From the human T2T-CHM13v2.0 reference genome, Homo sapiens, in the NCBI RefSeq assembly GCF_009914755.1, contig NC_060926.1: a stretch of DNA of 64,000 bases; one strand, given 5' to 3'. The notes beneath the pieces are model-generated. The model saw only the letters and a list, made by a program, of their open reading frames with translations. It was not told where the DNA came from and did not search any database. The position numbers and the translations under genes are program-made. Below, piece by piece: positions 32,551 to 52,267 of this stretch; position 1 is the stretch's first letter, and every line of letters starts with the position of its first letter.

Positions 32551-33832
32551 TCAATGAGAAAAACTTTAAAATGATGTATCTTTCTCAATGTCCCAAACAT
32601 GTAAAACAAAGTTTTCTAATATAAACTATGCTATTGATACTCAGGTATATTTGAGAAAGCCTGAAATGATCGCCATGAAAAAACTTTACTGAAAAGCTTC
32701 CTGGAAAACCAAATGAGAATGTTTACCTTATTTCTTACCTCGAAGAGAATGCACACCCAATTACAAATGTCACAGAACTCATAAAGGTGAGCACCCTGAC
32801 AGGTGTTTAGACAATTACCTAATTCTGTCAAAGTATTATTTCTAATAATTCATGTGGCTTCTGAATGTCAAAAGTTCCCTATATAGCAATTCCACTAAGT
32901 GCTCCACTCCAAAATTTCCAATTCCTTCTCCTGTTCCCTTTCAAACTCCCATTCCCTCAGTCCAACTTGCAATTATCAGAAAAACATTCCAACTCGAGTG
33001 AAAAAATTTTTTTTGCTTTTTTTTTTCAGGAGAGAAAGTCAGAGTCAGGGAGAGATAGGTAAGTAGCAATTGTCTGGTACCATCTCAAAGTGAAAATGTA
33101 TAGAAGGGAAAGAGATTCATCAATTAAAATGTAAGTATCTCCTAAGACCCAGTTCTTGTGCCAGGTGCTTGATAATCAACAGAGGGCCCACCCATGACAG
33201 AGATTAAAGTAGCCAGAAAAAAATAAGCAACTAAAGTAATATCAATAAAACATACAACCTGTACCATGAGTTAGGAAGAGGATGTAATATAGTCCTAGAT
33301 GTCAGGGAAGGCCCCCATGAAAAGATGAGCCAAGAATACCATAATATTTGAGGAAAAAACATGGCATACTCAAGGAACAGCAAAAACTATAGTTTATTTG
33401 ACATATGAAGGGCAAGAGATGAGATTCAGAGATCATGGATGGCTGCAGAAGCCACTCTAAGGAACTGGACTTTATCTCCAAAGGTAATAGTCACTAAAAC
33501 TGACTTGTTTGAGGAACACAGATATACTTTTTCAAAGGTCTCTATCCACCTACTTTACTCACTGTAAAGGTGGCCAAAAGGAAAGTGTGAAGAAGTAACA
33601 AAAAGGGAAAGAAGATAAACAGTACTTCAGAGACTTCTAGGATATACTCAGACAACTTGGGTTAGAGCCACAATGCCTGGAACACAGATGCTCAATTATA
33701 TGTTTCCATATGCAGTATATGCAGAAGGGAATTATGGCGATGAAGAATCAAGAGCTCAAACTTACATTACTGTATTGACCAGGAAGTCCTATAAAGAATT
33801 ATATTTCTATAGAATTAAAAATGCAGTTCTGT

Positions 33833-34059
<227 letters not shown>

Positions 34060-34149
34060 AGATATAGTTCTGGTTTTTGTCTATTTTTTTAACAGGCATG
34101 GTTGGTACTTTTTTCTTTTTAATTGGGTTCAATTTAAAAGACTATTCAC

Positions 34150-34394
34150 CTTGTTATACATGTATCTAAGCATGAAGTCCAGTAGAAATGACTTCCCTTT
34201 ACGAAAAGCTCCTGCCACAGATACCACTACTATGTTAAGATCTCGTATGTGCTCCTGTAGCAATATCTGCTCCAAAGCTTCTTCATCAAGTTCAAAGTTA
34301 TGGTCATCTTCATGAGCAAGAACAATCTGTACTGGACATGGTTTCTTCATAACCTCATCAGAATTTACTAGGTCATCATCTTCATAATTCTCAC
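34150..34394 (-). CDS. ATL2: Atlastin-2 exon 2 (245 nt): (G)[24 protein letters not shown]...[21 protein letters not shown], contains the P-loop
   Basis: Acceptor ttctag|GTGAG, donor AAG|gtgaat; overlaps ORF 34129..34350; Walker A GAFRKGKS; starts phase 1, ends phase 0. Confidence 0.97.
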
Positions 34395-34582
34395 CTAGAA
34401 TTTAAAAAGAAAGAAACTGGTTACTTTAATCCCTATATTACGAACTTTCATTAAGGACCACAACTAAAGCAAAATTTCAAGTAAGTAATTGCCCCCTCCC
34501 CCATTATAGATCATTATAATGTTCCTTTGGATTTCTCACTCCCTCTGTGACAGGACAAAGAATGCTGATAAGATTTCCCACT

Positions 34583-34935
34583 TGATATGGTTGGCTGTGT
34601 CCCCACCCAAATCTCATCTTGAATTGTAGCTCCCACAATTTCCACAAGTTGTGGGAAGGACCCAGTGGGAGGTAACTGAATCATGGGGGAGGCTCTCTCC
34701 TGTGCTGTTCTCATGATAGTGAATAAGTCTCACGAAATTTGATGATTTTATAAGAGGTTTCCCTGCACAAGCTCTCTTCTCATCTGCCACCATGTGAGAT
34801 GTGCCTTTCACCTTCCGCCATGATTGTGAGACCTCCCCAGCCACGTGAAACTTTGATTCCATTAAACCTCTTTCTTTTGTAAATTGCCCAGTCTCAAGTA
34901 TGTCTTTATTACCAGCATGAAAATGGACTCATACA
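34583..34935 (+). mobile_element. THE1 (A/B-like) solo LTR, ERVL-MaLR
   Basis: tgatatggttggctgtgtccccacccaaatctcatcttgaattgtagctccc...aaaatggactcataca; TSD ccact/ccatt. Confidence 0.93.
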
Positions 34936-35189
34936 CCATTATACATACAGATAAACAATAATACTAAATATGGCCTCTATCTCAATGAAGTCTCAACTTC
35001 ATTGAGAATGTTCATGTCAACAGCACCTGTTTCTGAGCCCTGTATTATTCTGTAAATAACTTTTCCAACTGTATGCACACATAAACTAAAGAGGGGAAAA
35101 ATCAATTTCACCTGATACTTCAAATCCCAATTTTCCCTGTAAGCATCACCTAGAAAATTCACAAACATTACTCTACTTTACAAACATTA

Positions 35190-35514
<325 letters not shown>

Positions 35515-36649
35515 TCATGTTATTTTTCATTCTGAAACTTAAAGGGGAAAATTAGGGTTCTAACAAGTTTCCAAAAATGATACTTACAATGAGTCCCTAA
35601 TTTAATAACAGTAACCTAGTACTACTACAGCCTCCTCATTAAAGCAAAGCACAGGATTAATGTTTCATTAAAGAAGAGTCAGTGAGATGCATTTATATCT
35701 CAGAATTTCATCTCCCACTGGAGCTCTTTCTCACCAAACACTACAGCTGTTATAGCTCCCGAAAACAGCCATATAAACCCTTCCTTTGTTCACCACAACA
35801 CATTAAAATAAGGTAACCTTTGCAGACATAACTTTACTGAATAGTGACGAAGAAGTACAGAGAATGTAAATAGCAGAGATAAACTTCCAAAGTCTAGGTT
35901 TCTGTTCTTCTTTAAAAAAAACACCTAGCTTCAGAGGACACATACCTTGTCTGACTTTCTTCTCTACCAACTGCTTGATCCCACGTAGCAACTAGTTACT
36001 CCTGGGGACCTTATCTTCTCCCACATCAAAATTTCTAAGAGATCCCCTCCTTGAGCCTGTCTACTAAGTGTCAGTTTCCACTCTAAGGACACATACGGTA
36101 TCCACTGTTTTCAATGCAATCAATGACTGTCCTACTCTGAGGAGAAAGCCAGTCCACTAAGGCGTGGTACATTATTAGTGAACAGTTCAGTAATACCTTA
36201 TCCACATAACCAATATTCACAGAGCAAAGATTATATAACTACATTAGTGGATTTTTAATCTTATTACCAAAAGAAGCATCTCACTTATCTGATTTGCAAA
36301 GACTATTAGAGCCTCTACCTCCACATCACGAGGCACCTTTAACTGTATATAGCAAAGTCAACAGCACTATTTCAAAATGTGCTGAAAACAATGACAATGC
36401 ATTATAAAGAGCAAGCCACTTCAAAGGAGAATCTTTGAAAGTAAAAGCAATCAATATTTAGTTAAAGGGGACATTATCACTGCCTGTATCAATGGTATAT
36501 AGCAATAGTCAGGTATGCTATTTGAATGCATGCAAAAAGTGAACTTTCCAGGAAAAGTTGCAATACAGTTAAATTCTAAATTAACGTCTCATTAGGTAGG
36601 TCCAGATAAATAACAAAACAGGATGCAAACGGTATAAGTTTCTAAGCTT

Positions 36650-36840
36650 AATTAGTGGTTTAAGACCATGAAGTAGGGAGCAAACTGCCTCGATGCATGT
36701 CACTTAACTTCTCTGCACCTGTTTTCTCATCTGGAAAATGGGTGTGTGTCAAACAGGCATAGCATTACCTAACTCATAGGGTTGTCATCAGGATTCAATG
36801 AGTTGAAATATGTATGCTACGCAGTAAGCACCATAGGTGT
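36650..36840 (+). mobile_element. MIR
   Basis: cacttaacttctctgcacctgttttctcatctggaaaatggg...acctaactcatagggttgt core. Confidence 0.75.
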
Positions 36841-37368
36841 AAGTTAACAGTAATTTCAAAATAACCAATCCAACAGGAGAAGCTTTTATTTTCCCCTTGA
36901 AATGCCAAAATGCTATGGTGATTTTCACTTGACCAGTGTAGCTGCGTACTGACACTGCCATCCACCCATCTGCTCTGGCACAGACTTGCTGGCTGTCCTT
37001 GACATATAGAGATACGTCTACGTGTCTTTTACTTACCCCTAAATCTAATCAATAACCACCTTCTTAATTTGTCTTCATTTCTGAATCTCTATTGATAATA
37101 TTCCTGCACTTGTCACTGCCACAGTACCTCACACTGTAGCATCTAACTGGTTTCCCTTCATTAATACTCTTGTCCTCTTACCCAATCCAATCTAATCTCC
37201 ACAGAGTAGCAACTAAATAATATAGTTACATGTAAAGTTGACCAGGTTACCCTCCTTAAAATCACTGTTACAGAGGACTAATGACTAAAATCCTACACAT
37301 GCTCTATAAGGTCCCGTACTCACCGCCAATCTCTGTTGCCTCTTTTGGTGCTATTCTTCTCTTTAAAC

Positions 37369-37706
37369 CAGCGGTCCCCAACCTTCTTGGTACCAGGGTC
37401 TGGTTTCATGAAAGACAAGTTTTCCACAAAAGGGGGAGCAGTGGTTTCAGGATAAAACTGTTCCATCTCAGATCATCAGGCATTAGTTAGATTCTCATAA
37501 GGAGCACACAACCCAGATCCCTCACACGTGCAGTTCACAATAAGGTTCGCGCTCCTATGAGAATCTGATGTCACCATGGGTCTGACAGGAGGCGAAGCTC
37601 AGGCAGTAATGCTCGCTCGCCTGCTACTCCCCTCTTGCTGTGCGGCCCAGTTCCTAACAGGCCACGGACGAGTACCAGTCCACGGCCCTAGGGTTGGGAA
37701 CCCCAG
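37369..37706 (+). mobile_element. MER1B (hAT-Charlie MITE), full length
   Basis: TIRs cagcggtccccaacc / ggttgggaaccccag; 8-bp TSD ctttaaac/gtttaaac. Confidence 0.92.
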
Positions 37707-38049
37707 GTTTAAACTAGGTAGCCAAACTAACCTTTCATCAGATCCTCATGCTGCTAAGCTCTTTCTAGACTCTGCTTTAATATTCCTCTGCCTAGAGTAC
37801 TCTTTCCTTTGTTGTTTCCTAATAAATTCACACTTACTCCTTAAATCTCAGCTTAAAAGACACTTTCCAGGAACAAGAATCTTCCCTGAGGCTTCCAACC
37901 AAGTTTAGTCATTCTATACTCCCCAAATTTTAATCTATCACTTGAATATTTATGTAAGTACTTATTTATTAAATGTCTCCCCTCTTGGATTGCCAATTTA
38001 CCACTTAGTTTCCCATCATAAGCAGAAAATAGACAAACAAAAGAAGAAA

Positions 38050-38975
<926 letters not shown>

Positions 38976-39065
38976 TGATAATCAAATAGCTTGGGGAAAT
39001 ACCTCCGACAACTCAAGAGTATTAAGTATACGTAACACAAAAATTCCATAAAAATTATGAAGCTT

Positions 39066-39360
<295 letters not shown>

Positions 39361-39531
39361 TTATGAACCAAGTAAAACACTTTAAAAAAGAACTCAAAAG
39401 TAATAACTGCTAAAATATCACAATGACCAAGTGTGGAGGTTGGTGATTTTGCTAAAACAAACAATAGTTTTGCTCTTATTGTAAAGAAAGCATTAGTTGG
39501 TTTTTTAGAAGTTTAAGAAAAAAAAAAAACC

Positions 39532-40573
39532 CAAAAGCCAAAATTGACAAATGGTATCTAATTAAACTAAAGAGCTTCTGCACAGCAAAAGAAACTACCA
39601 TCAGAGTGAACAGGCAACCTACAAAATGGGAGAAAATTTTCGCAACCTACTCATCTGACAAAGGGCTAATATCCAGAATCTACAATGAACTCAAACAAAT
39701 TCACAAGAAAAAAACAAACAACCCCATCAAAAAGTGGGCAAAGGATATGAACAGACACTTCTCAAAAGAAGACATTTATGCAGCCAAAACACACATGAAA
39801 AAATGCTCATCATCACTGGCCATCAGAGAAACGCAAATCAAAACCACAATGAGATACCATCTCACACCAGTTAGAATGGCGATCATTAAAAAGTCAGGAA
39901 ACAACAGGTGCTGGAGAGGATGTGGAGAAATAGGAACACTTTTACACTGTTGGTGGGACTGTAAACTAGTTCAACCATTGTGGAAGTCAGTGTGGCGATT
40001 CCTCAGGGATCTAGAACTAGAAATACCATTTGACCCAGTCATCCCATTACTGGGTATATACCCAAAGGACTATAAATCATGCTGCTATAAAGACACATGC
40101 ACACGTATGTTCGTTGTGGCACTATTCACAATAGCAAAGACTTGGAACCAACCCAAACGTCCATCAATGATAGACTGGATTAAGAAAATGTGGCACATAT
40201 ACACCATGGAATACTATGCAGCCATAAAAAATGATGAGTTCATGTCCTTTGTAGGGACATGGATGAAATTGGAAATCATCATTCTCAGTAAACTATCGCA
40301 AGGACAAAAAACCAAACACCGCATGTTCTCACTCATAGATGGGAACTGAACAATGAGAACACACGGACACAGGAAGGGGAACATCACACTCTGGGGACTG
40401 TTGTGGGGTGGGGGGAGGGGGGAGGGATAGCATTAGGAGTATACCTAATGCTAAATGACAAGTTAATGGGTGCAGCACACCAGCATGGCACATGTATACA
40501 TATGTCACTAACCTGCACATTGTGCACATGTACCCTAAAACTTAAAGTATAATAATAAAAAATAAATAAAATA
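39532..40573 (+). mobile_element. 5'-truncated young L1 (L1PA3-like): ORF2 C-terminus, 3'UTR and poly-A
   Basis: ORF 39606..40349 is the L1 ORF2p C-terminus with CCHC motif [18 protein letters not shown]; 3'UTR gcattagg...gctaaatgac...ccagcatggc...taccctaaaacttaaagtat; A-rich TSD ending ccc. Confidence 0.95.
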
Positions 40574-41304
40574 GGAAAAAAAAAACCCCACTGGGCAGAA
40601 AACCTTTGTTAACTCGAAAATTCACCTATATTAGTTGGCCAGTCACTATGCAACCAAGTTTATTAGCACAGACAAAGACAGGCCTTTCAAATAGACAGAA
40701 TGTGTCTACATATTTGTCACCATATCTAGTCTACAGCCTTTTACAGAGAAGGGTAGCAAATAGATTTCAAAAGTATAATGGAGCCTAACAATGATGTGAT
40801 ACACCTGCATCTATCTACTTACTCCCCATGGTGATTTCTCTACCAAATATGGACTAAATACAGATAAAGTACTCCATCAAACACTGATATAAGCAAATGA
40901 ATAAAAGAGAATTGTATGTAAATTTCATTAGGATACCTGTAAATACTGTACTAGCATTTAGTGATTGCCTACAATTAAAAGTCTCTAAATTCCACACCAC
41001 TCTAAGATTTTAAACTGAAGTTACGTCCTGTGTATAGAATAGTGATTTTATTTCCATTCTTCAATGCCAAAAATTTACTAAGACAAGTAGATTTCAGCCC
41101 CCCAACACATTTTTGTGATTCACAGTTCCAAGTCAGTTTTCCCTACGCTAGCCCCCAGATGGGTCTTTCAAGGTCAAAGCTAAAAGACACCTAAAGATGA
41201 TCACCTGCTTCTCAAACATCTCTCCACACATTAACACTAAGGTACCTACCTAATATCTATTTGCCACACGGCCTAACAAAAGAAAGGTGTCTTAGTAAAA
41301 GGAC

Positions 41305-41675
41305 CTGTGATTGCCAGGGGTTAGGGGGATAGGGAGGGATGAACAGGCATAACACAGAAGATTTCTTAGGGCAGTGAAACTATTCTCTATAATACGAAAT
41401 TGGTTGATACCTGTCATTATACATCTATGAAAAAAACCACTGAATATACAACCCCAAGAGTGAACCATAATGTAAAACTATAGACTTTGGATGATAATGA
41501 TGTGTTAGTGAAGGTTCATTGATTTTAACAAAAGCACCACTGTGGGTGAAACGCTGATGGCGGGGGACAGTGTGTATATGGAGTGGCAGGGAGTACGTGA
41601 ACTACAATTTCGCTTCATATTGCTGTGAAGCTAAAATTGCTCTAAAAAAAAAAACCAAAAAAGTCTATTTAAATA
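41305..41675 (+). mobile_element. L1MC1-like 3' end
   Basis: gattgccaggggttaggggg...gggcagtgaaactattct...ctaaaattgctctaaaaaa. Confidence 0.8.
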
Positions 41676-42315
41676 AGACACCTGTCTTTTTGTTGTCTAA
41701 TCACACATTATCTTAAATCTGCCAAATTCAGACACTCAGCATGTATTCCAACAGCAAAATTTACACTTCAGGGCTGACCTAGATCCTCAGCAAATTTCAA
41801 GCTTAATTATAAACTAAGATAATAAAAAAGTGCTACAAATCTTCATTATAATAAAATGTAGCATTAATGTTAGATTACATCAACCCAAAACTAAACTTAT
41901 AAAAAGAGAACAAAGAATAATTCACCTTTCAAAAGGAATGAAAAGTATATTTTATTATTCACATTCCAAACAAAAACTTGAAACAAATTTTCATGGAAAG
42001 TAACCTTGATTCAGTCTATTCAGTCTACTTATAAAAAAATTAGTTATCCCACAAAAGCTAAGTAACGTGTTAGTGCCTAGTACTTGAACCTCAACATTTA
42101 TATTTCATACCCAAGTGAAAACAGTATCTAAGTATTCAAGTTTATTCTAGCACATATTTTTTAAGAGCCTTAAAGAGGTTATACGATGGTTAAATATATT
42201 TCTAGGGATTTATTATAAGGAAATAAGGACACTAATTTTATTCTGGTGGCAAAAATTAATGTTGCGTACCTCAAAACTGGAAAGTGGCCGAACAGTTATT
42301 TTAGCCATATACTGA

Positions 42316-42673
<358 letters not shown>

Positions 42674-42710
42674 AAAAAAATCTATGTATTATTTTAAACA
42701 GCATAAAATT

Positions 42711-43012
42711 GGCCGGGTGCAGTGGCTCACGTCTGTAATCCCAGCACTCTGGGAGGCCGAGGCAGTCAGATCACCTAAGGTCAGGAGTTTGAGACCAGCC
42801 TGGCCAACATGATGAAACTCTGTCTCTACTAAAAATACAAAAATTAGCTGGGTGTGGTGGCAGGCCCCTGTAATCTCAGCTACTCGGGAGGCTGAGGCAG
42901 GAGAATTGCTTGAACCCGGGGTGGAGGCTGCAGTGAGCCAAGATCGCGCCATTGCACTCCAGCCTGGGCGACAGAGCAAAACTCTGTTTCAAAAACAAAC
43001 AAAAACAACAAC

Positions 43013-43023
<11 letters not shown>
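42711..43023 (+). mobile_element. AluS
   Basis: Alu body; flanks cataaaat. Confidence 0.9.
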
Positions 43024-43045
<22 letters not shown>

Positions 43046-43149
43046 ACCATAAAATCAAGTGGGAAAAGGGCAGACTACAAAGTAGTAAAAATCACCCCCA
43101 ATTCTATTTTGCATTTTTTAAAACACAGGTATTTGGGGGAGGGAGGATA

Positions 43150-46930
<3,781 letters not shown>

Positions 46931-46974
46931 TTACTATTAAGAATATAGAATAGACAACCCTACCCACAAGAAAA

Positions 46975-47655
46975 ATTAGCCACATATGTAATTTTAAGTT
47001 TTCTAAGTCACATTTAAAAAAAATCATTTAAATAATATTTTTATTTACTAACCCAAAATATTAGCATTTCAACCTACTCAGTATTTTTTACTTTTCTTTC
47101 TTTTTTCTTTTTTTTGAGACAGGGTTTCACTCTCATCGACCAGGCTGGAGTGCAATGGTGCGATCTCGGCTCAAGCAATTCTCCTCCCTCAGCCTCCCAA
47201 GTAGTTGGGACTACAAGCGTGAGCCAGCTAATTTTTTTTTAAATTTTTTGTAGAGATAGGGTTTCACCATGTTGCCCAGGCTGGTCTCGAACTCCTGGGC
47301 TCAAGTGATCCACCCACCTCACTCAGCCTCCCAAAGTGCTGGGATTACAGGCATGAGCCACCAGGCCTGGCCCATTATTACTTTACATACAGTCTTCTAA
47401 ATCTGCTGTGTATTTTACACCTACAGCACATTTCAACTTAGACACTAAATGCTTATCAGAAACACATAATCATTTAATTTCATAAAACTTACAACTGAAA
47501 AAGTAGACATGTATAAAAGTTGTTCCAACAAAGTTTTCCAGTATAACCAAATCAAATATTAATCATTTTCCACTCATATTTGTATCCATACTAACAAAAC
47601 TGTTAATGTAAATAAAATTAAATAAAACTGAAAATTAAGTTCTTCAGTCACACCA
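46975..47655. mobile_element. MER33/Charlie5 DNA transposon fragment interrupted by a minus-strand AluJ (47092-47372)
   Basis: gccacatatgtaattttaa...gtattttacacctacagcacatttcaa...gttcttcagtcacac. Confidence 0.7.
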
Positions 47656-47926
47656 TTCAAACTGCTTTAATACTCATTTCTTTCACTAACAACCATTTCT
47701 ATACATGTTTCCTCTTGTATGAACGGTCTATTCACAATCTAGATAGTTTTAAAGAAATGTTTAAATTACCACCCTAAAGTCCCTTTAATTCTACACTAAA
47801 TCAGATGTTTAAACAGTATTTTACGACAGGTTTTTTAATTCAAAAAACTTTGTGTTTGCTGTAAACTGGAGTACCTTGTATACAGTACATAATTTAATGC
47901 TGGAAATCTAATTTAAAAGGTTTAGC

Positions 47927-48602
<676 letters not shown>

Positions 48603-48862
48603 CTACAAGGTTTTAGGCATTAATAGAACATACATATACACCCTAGAATATATATCAAGATACATGACAACATTCAAGTTCTAGTACATATGCTTAAAAA
48701 TTAGCCTCAATACTTAAAATTAAAACTATTACATCACTCCCACAGGCTTTATAGATTATGCAGCCCAATTTACTCATTTTAAAAATAAGAAAAACATACA
48801 ATTAAACCACTGTTTGGGGGGAAATCAAGGCCAGGTCTTATTTAGTGTTATTTCCTCCACAG

Positions 48863-49021
48863 CAGTGCTAGTCAAGCTTAACATGAATACACATCACCTG
48901 AGTATCTTGTTAAAATGCATATCCTGATTCAATAAAACTGGGATTGAGCTTGAAACTGCATTATTATCAATCCAAGATGATGCCAAAATTGCTGGTCCTC
49001 AGGATATATGGACTAACAAGG
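48863..49021. mobile_element. MER5-like DNA transposon
   Basis: atcacctg...cttgttaaaatgca...tgattc...gctggtcc. Confidence 0.6.
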
Positions 49022-49301
49022 GTCACTCTATTTCACAAGTGTTTAGGATGTAAGTGTCATTCATTTAATTCTATTTCATGTAGTTTCTAACAATATTAAA
49101 ATAAAATTTTCAAGGAAGAAAAAAAGTTTTCAAGCTAAACTGTAATGCTCTATTTTTCCTGGGAGACTGCTAATACTGTGATACAACTAACCACTCCAGG
49201 GTTGCTATCAAGGGTTTGATATACCAAAGTTCAAAAAAGTCGAGGTACATAAAACAATCTCTACTTAAAAAAGGAAAAAGCTATAGAAATTATTTTAAAA
49301 T

Positions 49302-49599
<298 letters not shown>

Positions 49600-50067
49600 T
49601 TAACATGATATACGGCTAGGATTGAAAACTATCAGCTAGTTTAGCTCTATTAAACTATTAGTCTAGCTCATCCAATCACCTGGGTGAGCTTTTATAACAG
49701 TGCTGGGTCTCCCCCACAAGACTATTGCAGCCTGGGATACAAGTATTACAAGTACTGACAAAGACACAAACTTGGACTTCGATAAATTTTTTTTGAAGGA
49801 AAAAAACAGCTATTAGTCAAACAGATACTACAAGAAAATATTTTAACTTATAATCTGGTCCTGTAAAACATTAAGAACTTATAAACTCATATTTCTCTCA
49901 TATAAAATTAGAACTACAATGCAAATTACAAAAACAAAAATTTTAAAGACTCCAGGAAACGACTTATTAACAATTTCAGTTATCAAATATTTTCTCCCTT
50001 AGACTTGTCCCTTTCTAGCCAACAACAAAAGACCATCCTAAAATAGACTTTTAAAAATGCTTTAAAG

Positions 50068-51463
50068 AGGGCAGCTGCAGTGGCTCACGCCTGTAATCCT
50101 AGCACTTTGGGAGGCCGAGGTGGGTGGATCACCTGAGGTCAGGCGTTCCAGACCAGCCTGGCCAACATGGTGAAACCCTGTCTCCACTAAAAATACAAAA
50201 ATTAGCCAGGCGTGGTGCCACACGCCTGTAATCCCAGCTATTTGGGAGGCTGAGGCAGAAGAATCACTTGAACCCCAGAGCCCGGGAGAGGGAGGTTGCA
50301 GTGAGACAAGATCCCGCCATTGCACTCCAGCCTCAGTGACAGAACCAGACTCCATCTCAAAAAAAAAAAAAAAAATGCTTTAAAGAGTATATAATACCAT
50401 TCATCTCCTTCCTTCATTACTATTAAATCAGGAAACAAAGAGTTGTTTTTCCTATAGGATTCACATACTATTTTCCACTTGAAATGTACCCCGTTTCCAT
50501 AGTAACTACCACTGATGTCACAGAATTTTTGCTGTTCCCACTTAAAGAACACTAAGGCAAAAAATACTTTTATGCATTTATTAAAATAGACGAAGAAAAA
50601 TGTAAAATGGTTTATAAATGTATAAACTCAAAAGTATTTTTCCCCAAAGTTTGTCATCAAATATTACCCAGTTCTTAAAAGCATACACCTGAATATGTAA
50701 GTGTACTTAAAAAAAATACTAAAGTTGGCCGGGCGCGGTGGCTCACGCCTGTAATCCTAGCCCTTTGGGAGGCCGAGGCAGGTGGATCACTTGGGGTCAG
50801 GAGTTCAAAACCAGCCTGGCCAATATGGTGAAACCCCGTCTCTACTAAAAATACCAAAAAAATAGCTGGGCGTGGTGGCAGATGCCTGTAATCCCAGCTA
50901 CTTGGGAGGCTGAGACACGAGAATCACTTGAACCTGGGAGGTAGAGGTTGCAGTGAGATGAGATCGTCGTCCACTGTACTCTAGCCTGGGCAGAGCAAGG
51001 CTCCATTTCAAAAAAAAAAAAAAAAAAAAAGAATACTAAAGTAAATTTAAATTTGGTATTTTAAATGACGTTAAAATTTAGGAAGTCAACTTTGTTAGCT
51101 AGTCAGGAGATTCTAGAATAAGCGATGGCTCAGGGGATTCTTTTTTTTTTTTTTAAGATTTTGGGTGTTTTGCTTATTTGTTTTGAGATGGGGTCTTGCT
51201 CTGATGCCCAGGCTGCAGTACAGTGGCACAATCACAGCTCACTGTGGCCTTGACCCCCAAGGCTCAAGACATCCTCCCATCTCAGCTTTCTGAGTAGCTG
51301 GGACCACAGGCATGCACTACCACAGTCAACTAATTTAGTTTTTGTAGAGACCAGGTCTCACTATGTTGCCCAGGCTGGTCTCAAACTCCTGGACTAAAGG
51401 GATCCTCCTGCCTCAGCCTCCCCAAAGTGCTGGGATTCCAGGAGTGGGCCACCACACCCAGCC
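50068..51463. mobile_element. AluS(+) 50068-50375, AluS(+) 50727-51030, AluJ(-) ~51170-51463
   Basis: TSDs aaaaatgctttaaagag and aatactaaagt; reverse AluJ body. Confidence 0.88.
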
Positions 51464-51952
51464 TCGGGGAACTCTATAATCAACAAGACAGAAATTCAGA
51501 CATTTTATTCAGGTTCTGCAAGTCTCTTCATTTTCTTCTACAGAGAAGTCTTGAAGAAAATCTCACCTCAAGTCAAGACCAAAAAAAAGGGTCTTAGACG
51601 GGCTCTTAGGTACTTTTTTGGGGGGAAATGAGGGAGAACATACTTTTGTTATGTGGACCAGATTTTTAAAGAATGAGAGTACACAATATTGAAACTTTCT
51701 TACTTTAATATTTTTTAGGTAAGTTGTTTATATCCTAGAGAAATTCCTGCATACATATACAAGAAGAACGAAACATGGTTCCTTGTTCACCAAAGTATTG
51801 TTGGTAACTACAAAAAAAAAAATTGGAACAACCTAAATACCCATGGATAAATAAAAAATAAGTCAGAGAATTGAAATTAATGCATAAGATCTAAATATTT
51901 ACATATGGATAAGCTTCCACACCAACGTGGAATGAAAAAAATTAAATCAAGC

Positions 51953-52267
<315 letters not shown>

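Noticed and set aside
37576-37908. 110-aa ORF resembling a signal-peptide protein
   Set aside because: Runs through MER1B and adjacent degenerate repeat sequence; no splice or homology support.
39606-40349. 247-aa ORF as a novel gene
   Set aside because: It is the C-terminus of LINE-1 ORF2p in a 5'-truncated copy with a GTG start and no promoter.
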